Assembly: GCA_951406725.2 (NCBI GenBank)
Contig: OX597820.1
Coordinates: 95,666,001-95,730,000, forward strand
Reading direction: 5' to 3'
From: Octopus vulgaris
Taxonomy: Eukaryota
Length of the DNA: 64,000 bases
In this document: one piece after another, positions 52,651 to 64,000 of the stretch
How positions within the stretch are numbered: position 1 is the stretch's first letter
Layout: the number at the start of each line of letters is the position of its first letter
Translations under genes and position numbers: made by a program
The notes under the pieces: generated by a model
What the model was told of the DNA's origin: nothing
What the model saw: only the letters and a program-made list of their open reading frames with translations
Database searches by the model: none

Positions 52651-55267
52651 ATCATAGGGAGTTTTCAAGTAAGTGCAGCCAAATTAACGACGGAGCAAAT
52701 GCAAATTGACGCTACTTCAATTAGCATTACTGTAATATTAATCAATTTATTTCAATACAACTCATTACAGCCATACATCTTATCACAACCATACATCTCA
52801 TTTGTCTAATGCTTCGGAAGCTCTTCGGAAGCGGTTTACGACATGTATTTTTCTTGGAAAACTCAATATGTCTAATTATAAATGAAACGACTTATTAGCT
52901 CATTGTCCCTATAGAGTTTATTACTTAAATAACATCGAGGGATCAAGCAAATTCTGGAAACAAATTGCTCATATCATTACTTCAGTGACATTAATCTGTA
53001 TCGTTGATACTCGAAAAAAAAAGCTCTAGGATTTATGCAGCTTACGTCTAGTCATGACATCAGCATCATTCACATATCACTAGAATGGGATTACATAAAC
53101 AATAATCATAATTCTTTTTTTCACATCCTAGTTATCTAAGTTTGATGTTCAATAATAATTTCCTGGTTTTAACATACAATTTATACGATTAGGTTCGAGA
53201 TCAGGAATTCATGTGTTGTATGTTGCTATTCTGCACATTTCTTCTCTTCTGTGTACAACTGCTGTTGTTCACTGATTTCCGTTAAGAGGATAATAGAGAT
53301 TGTGTAAATGTCAGAGAACCAATCAAAATGCTTAATTACATCCATTTTATTATACAGCATTTCCCTGAGCAAATCGATTCCTAGTTGATTCATTTGCATT
53401 TCTCCTAAATTGATAAATAAATCGATAAAATAATGGCTTCCAATTTTGGAGCAAGGGCAGCAATTTTTGGAGAAGGGGGAAGTCGATGACAACTACAAAT
53501 GGTACTTTTTTTATCGACTCCAAAAATATGAAAGGCAAATTTGACCTTGATGGAATTTGAACTCAGAACATAAGAGCAGACGAATGCCGCTAAGTATTTT
53601 GCTTAGCGTATTAACGAGTCTTTCAGCTCGCCGCCTTAACGGGATGCGATATAAATATCACGTATCTATACTTTTAATCATTACTTAAAATCTTCACTAT
53701 CTTATTAAAGATAATTATCATGATAATAATACTACTGATTATGATGAGGATAATCCCTTCATTTTTTTTCCCTTCATCGTTGCCTTTTTTTCACATTTTT
53801 TTAATACTCAAACGTCCTTAATGTAACTGGATTCAAGATAATAAAAGAACTCACAATGCTTCCCTATACGTCAGCTCAGAATAGATGTAGCTTTCCTGCT
53901 AGTCAAAAATATCTCATACGGCTATTGTTGCTATATATTTGTCCCATATTCTTACTTCAATAATACTTTCCCGAAGATTCTGGGGAATAATGGATATCAA
54001 CAATGAGCTAAATCAATCAGTTTAGGCCTCCTCATAAAATCGGTTCTTTGTATTGTCGACAGGAATCCCATGTCCCAGTTTTCTCCATTGTTTCGTATTT
54101 TTCTACATTTTGACTCATTCTTCTATACTGTGCCTTATCCTTTCACATTGTGTTCCATGCCTCTATATTCCGACCCCCAATGTTGCTCGTAGCAATCTCG
54201 ATTCTTATCTTCACAATCGATAGAATACTATGTGAGCCGATTTAATTGATTATAGCTGTCCACTAAAATATTTAGTCGCGTGTCTAATCAAGTGAAAATT
54301 TTATTACTTTCTACTTCGTATCAACAGGAACCTATTTTGTACTTTGATATGTTCTAATCTTCTGATTGGATGATTTTTGGCTTTCTCTATAATTCCATTG
54401 GACTGCTGTTAACTTGCGCACGAGTCTTCACAATGGAAGTTGTTATATTTTAGCTTATCTATATGTAGTATGTCAGGGAGCTATATGCACATTTGTAAAG
54501 CTGTTGATTGTCGTTGTTTGACATATGCTAATACTCACTGAAATATCAACATTATTCACCCACGTTAGTTTTACTATATTAATCTACATTAAAACAATTT
54601 ACTCTCTAACATTTTACCGCTTCCATTCATAAATGCACATACAATGAATTATTCAATAAGTGCTGCGCATATGTGAACAGGTTTAGTGTATAGATTCTAA
54701 AGAGAAGAAAAAATACAAAAATAAAAACCAAACAAAAACAAACTGTAGTTTCATGAAAATCCATAAATATATCGACTATGGTTTTCACAATAGCACAACG
54801 AACAATTTTTGTTGTCGAAATTGATTGATTGAGAAACATAAATCTATGAAACAGTGAGTAATAAATTCCTCGATTCACTGGCACTCAATGGCTGTGTTGG
54901 CAATCATAAAACAGCTATGATTCATCAGTTTAGCAGTAGTGTTCTCTATTTATATATTTTATATAAAACGAACAGGCCTTTATCTCATCGATAACGTCGT
55001 AAATTAACATCTGTAGATTACAAACATATTTTTTGTTTGAGATTAAGAAATAGCTATTATTTTAAGTTATTCAGAATACTAAATGACCGTAACGGAAAAT
55101 AATGGTATCTCTTCTGGAAAACAAAAAGGAATAAAAACGACATCTATCTGTATTTTACTTGCAGAGGCTTCCGATGACTCCCAGGCAAGAGGCAAAACAA
55201 ACATATAAACCTAAATAATTGTATTCTTATATAAGACATACATTGTATCGAAGTGCTAACACGTCTG

Positions 55268-55440
<173 letters not shown>

Positions 55441-55444
55441 CTAT

Positions 55445-56255
55445 CTTCTTGATGGCTTTCTTCAGTTGCTTGGATTTCAAACCTTTCTTCTGCAGGAAAT
55501 AGCGGACCGATGGCGCTGGAGAGCCGCTGTAGTCGAGTTGAATGAGCAATGACGTTGCATGCCACTCCTCAACAATGGCCTCGTCGAATAAGTCGTGATT
55601 TCGTTTTCTATACCTTAAGGAAAATATCAAGTTTGTCAATCTAGGGCACTGCAAGTTCGACCACCATGATTGCTTCTGTATTCCCGGAGAGCAAGAACAT
55701 GTCTGTTCGGAGTGATGTCACCACTATCTCCTCTGGGAGGACAAGTCTCTCCTTCAGGTCTCTTGCGTCTCCAAGTCTGAGGTTGAATATAAAATGGTAA
55801 ACAGGACCCTTCCATTGCTTTCACCATGGGAACTTTGCCGCCTTCCTTTAGGAATTTGCTAACATTTGGTGGTGGTGGCCAGTATTTATTAGCCTTCACT
55901 CTTTACCGATCAATCTACTTGGCAATTTCTGCAAGGACCTCCTCATGTCTCCACTTGTATCGATCTTCTTCGAGTGTCCTAGGGCACCTGGCGAAAATGT
56001 GTATCAGTGTGTCTAAAGTTGCTTCGCACAGCTGGTAGGATGGTTCTTTTTCTTTGCTCCATATTTAAAGACCATATGGAGTTGGAAAGAGGTCAGCGAA
56101 AGCACGAAGGGCGAAAGAAATCTTCCTTGCTCAGTGATCCAGAGTTCCTTCGAGGACAGTGGGCGCCCGAGTACCTGGTCCCACTATATCCATTGACCGC
56201 AGCGGGCAAACCATACTACCTTCACTCGGCGATTCTTTGTTGCATCACTGATCCT
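55445..56255 (-). mobile_element. 3' part of a Hero/NeSL-type (R2-group) LINE: zinc knuckle + RLE endonuclease
   Basis: Minus strand reads QLCEATLDTLIHIFARCPRTLEEDRYKWRHEEVLAEIAK and LRTDMFLLSGNTEAIMVVELAVP* (RPD...ELTVPWE motif, decayed). Confidence 0.78.
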
Positions 56256-57283
56256 TTGCGTAAATAGTTCTCTTTTATTCTTTGTATTAGTGTTTTTTAA
56301 CTCTTTGATCTTTAAGTCCCAAGCCCAATATATATATATATATACTCATTCAGAATTTAAGGGAACAATATACACGTAAGGGATTGTTAAAAACAATCCT
56401 GATGCCAACTGCGTTTAACCAAATATATTGATAGGAAGATCATCACTATGTATGTGTATAAGCAGTCTCATAAAATAAAAAAGTCAATAATAGAAAATGG
56501 AGAAGAAAAATTTAAAAGATGCTTGGTTCGTTTTATTTGTATTACAATTGGAAAAGTAATGCAAATTAAAATACTATAAGAGTATAAAAAGAATCGTCAC
56601 AACCAACAAAATGACCACAAAATATTAAAAAAAGATATGCTATATACATGTTTTGATATTACAATATTTAAAAATCATCAATAATCATCGCTTCAAAAGA
56701 TGCAATGATGTGTATATTGTTATATTCTTCAGAAAAAAATGAGTGTATTACAGTCTTGAGTTTCGAAATAATTTATTTGACTTATTTGAGGACAATGTTT
56801 AGATATTTTCAAATGTAAACAAACTTAATTTAAAAGACGCATAGTTCATGTGCTTAGAAATTTAGTTTAAACTTTAGCTAATATTGAACGTTAAAATGCT
56901 ACTAAAGCATCAAATCCATTCGAAAAGAAACCACACTTACTATATTATATTTATATTCACATTTACACTTATAAATGTCAACGCGATGGAGGTGGCAAAA
57001 GGACGGCTGTAACATTTCGTCAGTCGTGCAATATACGAAAAACTACACTAGGATATTTTTGGAGTATTTTGTTGATAGAGACGGTTCCTTTAATACTCTT
57101 TTAGGTATATTTTTTTCATATTTTAATTTGCTTTACTCTTCTAATTGTAATACAAATAAAACAAACCAAGCATCTTTTTGATTTTACTTTCATTGACTTT
57201 CAAATAATATATATATATATGTGTGTGTATGTATGTATGTATGTATGTATGTATGTATGTATGTATGTATGTATGTATGTATG

Positions 57284-57336
<53 letters not shown>

Positions 57337-57360
57337 ATATATATATATATATATATTTAT

Positions 57361-57470
57361 ATAATCAAAATAAGCAATAAGGATATCCAGAGGTAAAGCA
57401 GTATGATCGTTTCATGTGACTCCATTTATATACATTACCTCTGGATATCCTTGTTGCTTATTTTGATTGT
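57361..57470. repeat. Hairpin element in (TA)n
   Basis: aatcaaaataagcaataaggatatccagaggtaa pairs with ttacctctggatatccttgttgcttattttgatt. Confidence 0.88.
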
Positions 57471-57658
57471 AATCAACCCATTTTGAATTATATGGATAAT
57501 ACCACATTAAATTCTGGTGCATTTAACTTAAGTATCATATTCAACTGAATCTAAAATTTACTAAACTTATATATATATATATATATCCTTTGCGTAAAGA
57601 GTTCTCTCTTATTCCTTGTATTAGTGTTTTTTCAACTCTTTGTTCTTTAAGTGCCAAG

Positions 57659-57701
<43 letters not shown>

Positions 57702-57702
57702 T

Positions 57703-57814
57703 TTACATTATATATAGGGGCTTAGTAAAATAAATTACTTTGCCACATACTGAACTCATGAGTTCAGTATGTGGCAAAATAATTTATTTTACTAAGCCCT
57801 TATATATAATGTAA
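57703..57814. repeat. Near-perfect ~110-bp palindrome
   Basis: ttacattatatataggggcttagtaaaataaattactttgccacatactgaactca|tgagttcagtatgtggcaaaataatttattttactaagcccttatatataatgtaa. Confidence 0.92.
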
Positions 57815-57903
57815 TATTTTGAATTCGCCTAAAATGGTCCCTTTACATACTGAATACTTGGTGAAATTGATTAATAATTAATTAATTTTACCCTCAATTG
57901 TTG

Positions 57904-57944
<41 letters not shown>

Positions 57945-58018
57945 CTGAAACATGTTATAATGTATATATAAAAATTAAAAATTGTATAATATAGCAGCAT
58001 TTTCGAACTTCATTTTTT

Positions 58019-58059
<41 letters not shown>

Positions 58060-58214
58060 TGTATGTATATGTGTATGTATGTGTGTGGACATGTCTGTGT
58101 GTGCGTGTGTAACCTGAGAGCTTGATGTTACTAGCATATACTACTACAATCAGCACTGCTTCATTCCTCTTATATCTCTCGGTATTTCTGTTTCAATGTT
58201 TAAGAGAGAGGAAG

Positions 58215-58259
<45 letters not shown>

Positions 58260-58916
58260 AGAAAGAGAGAGAGAGTGAGAAAAGAAAGAAAGAGAGAAAG
58301 ATTGATACCGCTACTATATTTCAAATTGCTGTCTATATTTTCTTTCTTGACAGAGTGCAGAATGTGCTTGAGGGAAATTTGTCAGTTATTTCTCAAAGTA
58401 AGGTGATGAATAACGATCTATATGGTTTTTTTGTGAGTTCGTTTGAAAATTCATGAATATAAAGCGAATATACATAAAAACATAATATACACACGTATAT
58501 CATTATATGAGTGTATGTGTATAAACGCACACACAGAGGCATATAAACATACATACATATAAATTATATATATATATATATGCATGTATGTTTATTTTGT
58601 GTTTGTTTATATAGAATGACCTTCAGCATAGTTAATACGTATATAGTTAATATACATACACATGCACACACACATACATATATATGCACATATATATATA
58701 TATATAAAGGGCAAGTTTACGAAAATAAACAAAAGACGAAGGCAGGTAGTGTACAAACAAACAGATGTATTAGTATAGCGCTCAGGAATAGAAAAAGTCT
58801 TTTACGTTTCGAGCCTACGCTCTTCTATAGAAAGGTACACAGAAAAAACAAGGAGAGAAAAAATATGTGTAGTAGCTAACGATCTATCATTGCGTATATA
58901 TATATATATATACTAC

Positions 58917-59082
58917 ATTAAAAAGCAGCAAAAATATCACAAAACCTGTTAATCAGAGTTTCACATTCCCATTCGTTGGACAGATTCAGAATTTTGTTTA
59001 GAATTCTAAACAAAAGTGTGCGAGGAATGGGAGCGTGAAACTCTGAGTAACAGCTTTTGTGATAATTTTGATGTTTTTTAAT
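58917..59082. repeat. Palindromic element with degenerate hammerhead halves
   Basis: atcacaaaacctgttaatcagagtttcac pairs with gtgaaactctgagtaacagcttttgtgat. Confidence 0.82.
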
Positions 59083-59327
59083 AAAGCATATTACTCTACC
59101 TCTGGTATTGGAGTACTATTTTTCCACCTTGTTTCGCATTTATGTGTTTACTCTGGTATATATATACATATACATACATAATATGTTCATATTAATACAT
59201 TAATACTAAATTTGATAAATGCGAAGTCGAACACGAAACATAAGTTACTGTGACGTATTGACTAAAAACTTAACACTCTCACACAGACGAGTATGGCTAT
59301 GTGTGTCTGTGTGTGTGTGTGTGCGCG

Positions 59328-59339
59328 AGAGAGAGAGAG

Positions 59340-59396
<57 letters not shown>
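59328..59396. repeat. (GA)n microsatellite
   Basis: Seen directly. Confidence 0.95.
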
Positions 59397-59399
<3 letters not shown>

Positions 59400-59585
59400 A
59401 GAGAATCATGAACGATTTTAGAGGACTATCATATCTTATCTTTCGAGGGTGGAATAAGCACTGCCAAAGATCTAATCGCCTAACGCCTGGAGGGAGTATT
59501 GTTGAGGAGAAGTGTCGAGGAGCAATAAGATGAATACTAGGATGTTATTTAATAGCCATTTGTCTTCTCTCCCCCTCTCTCTCTT

Positions 59586-59626
<41 letters not shown>

Positions 59627-59627
59627 G

Positions 59628-60386
59628 TTGGGTCATCCCATAAATAATGCGGTTTTTTCAATTGCATGAACTAAAAGTCAGAGAAGGACGGAATAAACTA
59701 CTTGAATAAATTTGCTATAAAAGCAGATATTAATTTTATCTTCATACTTATTCTTAGTGAAAGTTTTGAAGAGTGCAGTTTGATTTTAACAGTCATTTTC
59801 AAAGCTATAATGGAAGTGACGAAGGTGCATATTCGGCATACTTTGCATATTTGGCATAGTTTGCTTTATGAGTTCCATAAAGGCAACAACACAACTTTTA
59901 AACCCAACCTAAAGATAACAAATACCCACGGCGAGCAACGTGAGCGGCCTAAGTCAGCACAAGAAGAAAAACGACCATCTTTGGTTTGAAGTCAAAAGGT
60001 GTACTTCTATCAGGATAATCCTAGGCCACATACAGCTAGCATGACATTCCAAAGGCTAGAACAGTTTGAATGGGAAACGATGCCCCACCCGCTATATTCG
60101 CCGGGCATTGTCCCATCTGATTACTATTTATTCCGCAGTCTTCAAAATCATTTGGACGGAAAGAATATGAATCCTGTAGACGAGGTCATAACAGTACTAG
60201 AGGAGTATTTTCCATCACGGACAAGTGAATTTTGAAAGACTGGCCTGGCAATTCTACCAGATAGATGGAAGAGCATCGTAAAAAAAATGAAGGCGGGTAT
60301 AGTTTAGATTAAAAAATAACTTTGTTTATCTTGATTTCGAAAGATAAAAAAAAGTATAAAAACACATTATTTATGGGATGACCCAA
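59628..60386 (+). mobile_element. Internally deleted mariner element
   Basis: TIRs ttgggtcatcccataaataatg / cattatttatgggatgacccaa, with TA on the right. Transposase remnants MEVTKVHIRH..LLYEFHKG and QDNPRPHTA...HPLYSPGIVPSDYYLFRSLQNHL (YSPDLAPSDY motif). Confidence 0.9.
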
Positions 60387-60659
60387 TATGTATGTATTGT
60401 ATCTGTTGGACCCGGTGTTACTCGTGTTTTCCGTGTTGAAGTTAAGCCGATCTCTGGCCTTATATTGAAGTCTTCCCCATTTCCCGTGCCAACTGTTACC
60501 CATTAAGATGTTTTATCTGGTTCGGCAGGCTGTTTCAGGATGCGTAGATGTGTGGCAGGCGGAGGAAAAGTAGTCAGAGCAGGCGATGGAGTTTTGTTGA
60601 CGGAGAAGAGGGCTTGAAGAGGACACAAGTGTGAATAAGCATTTCCTTAGAGACTATTC

Positions 60660-60929
60660 TGTCGATTTTGTTGAAATTTTACACGTGAACAAATTAAAAA
60701 GCTGTAGGAAAAAAATAACATCGTTATAGGAATTCCCATTCAAACGCCCATTTGAGCTCACAAAAATCGATGCCAACTGAACATTATTGAGTTTTCGAAA
60801 AATTTCGGAATTATGTGAACTTCAGGGCATGTGATCGATATATGTGTATATGCCCCAAATCATTAAAATCGGTTGGACTGTGTGGGAGGAGTTAGAGTAA
60901 CTCCACACACACGCACAGACACCATTATG

Positions 60930-60930
<1 letters not shown>
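60660..60930 (+). mobile_element. Possible non-autonomous Helitron/Helentron-like fragment
   Basis: ccaaatcattaaaatcggttggactgtgtgggaggagttag followed by (CA)n resembles the 3' portion of Lep1/DINE-like elements. Recalled similarity only. Confidence 0.3.
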
Positions 60931-60993
<63 letters not shown>

Positions 60994-61583
60994 CATATAT
61001 AAATACATATATGTATTTATATATGTATGTATATATACATGTATATTTGAAAAAGGGAAAATATGACTTTAGTGGTAGTTCTAATGAATTTAAAAATGCA
61101 TATATCTAAAAAGTGCATATACCCCAAAAAGATGCATATTTCCAAACAGAAATGGATGACACCCACACTTTCAATTATTCGATTGTTAAAGAGAAGAGCA
61201 ACTCATGGAGGTACACTACCATTTCACTAACCCCCTTACCCCAATGTACATGTGAAATTAAATACTTCAGTAGTGTAGATACGTATACATATGCGTGTGT
61301 TTATACGCATGCATGTGTATGTAGGTATAAATATACAGGTGTGAATGCATGTGTAAATATATGGGTCCGTATGAAATAAAATGTATGTATGTATGTGTAT
61401 GTATATGCATATATGTATGTGTATATGGATATATGTATGTGTATGCATGTATGTATGTATATATATATATATATATATATAGGTGTGTATGATATATGTG
61501 TATATCTGTAGGTCTGGCCTGACTGGTTTATATGTACACACACGCACACATACACAGTTATACGTATATGTATATATACATAT

Positions 61584-61654
<71 letters not shown>

Positions 61655-62256
61655 GTTGTGACAAAAACGAAGGAAAAGCAAGAAGGAAGGGAGATCGATG
61701 TCATACTAGATCTGTGATATGAATGTCAGCTGTCCGTAAACATTTAAAAAATGAAACCGCTACAAAATACATACAGAAAATATTGGTAATACCACGGATT
61801 ATGCTTAGTAGGAATTGAAAATGAATGATAGCACACACACACACACACACACACACTCGTACGCACGTGGAAACACATATACGCACATACACATAAAGTA
61901 TACAAACGCTTAGGATCGTGGCTCTATTTGATCGCTTGAACAACCAGAAATAACAACCGAATCTTGCTAATCAAAACACTTAATTATCTTATGCGATGTG
62001 GTTTTATATTGAGAATGTTTTTGCTGTAATTTAACTCAACGTCAGCTTCGATTATGATTATCTGTAATTAAAGGCTGTCCAGTCATTCCATCTCATCATT
62101 TGAAGCATAATGTATTCAGTACTACTCTACCCAAGTTCTTTAGTTGTTTTAATTATTTAGTTTGTTTTAGCTGCCATGGCTATAGTCGTGCCGGAACACC
62201 ACCTTTCATATATAAACTTTTTTTTAAGAAAATTTAGTGTGAAATACGGCTGCTAT

Positions 62257-62639
62257 GGAAGCACTCAGTCGGTTACGACGACGAGGGTTCCGGTTGATCC
62301 GAATCAACGGAACAGCCTGCTCGTAAAATTAACGTGTAAGTGGCTGAGCACTCCACAGACACGTGCACCCTTAACGTAGTTCTCGGGGATATTCAGCGTG
62401 ACACAGAGAGTGACAAGGCCGGCCCCTTGAAATACAGGTACAACAGAAACAGGAAGTAAGAGTGAGAGAAAGTTGTGGTGAAAGAGTACAGCAGGGATCA
62501 CCACCATCCCCTGCCGGAGCGTCGTGGAGCTTTTAGGTGTTTTCGCTCAATAAACACTCACAACGCCCGGTCTGGGAATCGAAACCGCGATCCTATGACC
62601 GCGAGTCCGCTGCCCTAACCACTGGGCCATTGCGCCTCC
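62257..62639 (-). mobile_element. SINE family C, full length
   Basis: Reverse complement of the 30223 copy. TSD ta(c/t)ggctgctat at 62245-62256 and 62640-62651. Confidence 0.87.
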
Positions 62640-62741
62640 TATGGCTGCTATATATAGTGTGGATCTCTATTGATCACCTGGTCATGGTGAACAACATCTT
62701 GATCAACGCCCTACCAAGCTTTAAAAAATATATATATATAT

Positions 62742-63151
62742 AGGCGCAGGAGTGGCTGTGTGGTAAGTAGCTTGCTTACAAACCGCATGGTTCCGGGTTC
62801 AGTCCCACTGCGTGGCACCTTGGGCAAGTGTCTTCTACTATAGCCTCGGGCCGACCAAAGCCTTGTGAGTGGATTTGGTAGACGGAAACTGAAAGAAGCC
62901 CGTCGTATATATGTATATATATATATATGCGTGTGTGTGTTTGTGAGTCTGTGTTTGTCCCCTAGCATTGCTTGACAACCGATGCTGGTGTGTTTACGTC
63001 CTCGTTACTTAGCGGTTCGGCAAAAGAGACCGATAGAATAAGTACTGGGCTTACAAAAGAATAAGTCCCGGGGTCGAGTTGCTCGATTAAAGGTGGTGCT
63101 CCAGCATGGCCGCAGTCAAATGACTGAAACAAGTAAAAGAGTAAAAGAGTA
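62742..63151 (+). mobile_element. SINE family A, young copy
   Basis: Near-identical to 28173-28600. Confidence 0.88.
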
Positions 63152-63369
63152 TATTAACGTTTCTTTGACATTTAAACGACTCTAGTGTGCTGTTATCGTC
63201 TTCGCGACGATGATGAGACCCACCAACTTACCTCGACTGCTTTACTATTTCTACTTTGCAGCTATACACGCTTATCGGAAAATTAAATGTATATCATGAA
63301 CATCAGCATCAATACTTCACTCTGGTCAAACACATTATGTGCTACTAAATACTAAATATATCTTAACTC

Positions 63370-63426
<57 letters not shown>

Positions 63427-63608
63427 ACGATCGGCAAATGTCACACGTCTGCAGTAAGATATTTAGAATATCACTCGAGACTTACAATCTGAAATAGTTT
63501 GAAGTGAATGACAGTTTACCAACACGAACATATTTTACACGCAGTTGATGTTGTGTTCTGTACAGAAACAACGTCTTCATAAATGTTTCCCTAAAACTAT
63601 AAGAGCCA

Positions 63609-63770
63609 AACGTAAAGTATACTAGCCATCTCAATATGGCTAACCACTAAGGGTGGGTGTTACTGTAGCTTTTTAGCTCCAGGAGATCATCGTCTCCAGC
63701 TGGCTTTAGGCACACTTTCTGTGCTCTTATGATAAGGTTACTGTTTACATCTCGTTCAGAGATTTATTAT
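63609..63770 (+). mobile_element. Second copy of the same short element, without the fold-back
   Basis: aacgtaaagtata...ggctaaccactaagggtgg...ctcgttcagagatttattat, with degenerate tataagag flanks. Confidence 0.7.
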
Positions 63771-64000
63771 TGATATAAGAGTCTAAATTTGTCAAGTAAA
63801 ACGGGAGAATGCGAACCGCTGTGTGATATCACATCTTTATTTGAAGTCTGCTGTAATTCAAGCAAAAGATTTTGCTACGAGAAAAATTAAAACGGTTTAA
63901 TAGGTTTTGAGAATTTCAACTTCGATGTTGTCTTCTTGTTGGTGTTAGGGTTTCTTACTATTTTTTCTGGGTCTAATTCAGCTCGGTTCGAGTAGGTGTG

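Noticed and set aside
55060-55115. Minus-strand LRR-like peptide (FPLRSFSILNNLK) after a good acceptor
   Set aside because: Wrong phase, in-frame stop and no donor at a compatible distance.
58354-58397. Plus-strand AG/GT-bounded 44-bp pseudo-exon
   Set aside because: No partner exons or recognisable peptide; such sites are expected by chance.

Overview
Eukaryotic, AT-rich, microsatellite- and retroposon-dense sequence typical of a coleoid cephalopod, most likely Octopus (inferred from the SINE families and the TA/CA/TAA/ATCT repeat load). The window lies inside one large minus-strand gene. Six phase-2/phase-2 exons (72, 69, 144, 141, 66 and 144 bp, between 50210 and 6318) splice into 212 contiguous codons of leucine-rich repeats resembling a type-B LRR-GPCR (LGR4/5/6; Drosophila rickets/bursicon receptor). 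The N-terminus and 7TM region are outside the window. The introns hold tRNA-derived SINEs, a young 5'-truncated Tx1-like LINE inserted in (ATCT)n, remnants of RTE, CR1, Hero/NeSL, Dong/R4, Penelope and possibly BEL/Pao elements, a Tc1 element and a mariner element. The most striking unannotated signal is a set of short non-coding elements, many of them fold-back and most sitting in or beside (TA)n tracts, that carry type-I hammerhead ribozyme cores (CUGANGA...GAAA...UH). Three cores look complete and about seven are degenerate. This points to a population of Penelope-dependent, retrozyme-like elements. Almost all ORFs in the supplied track are microsatellite artefacts.
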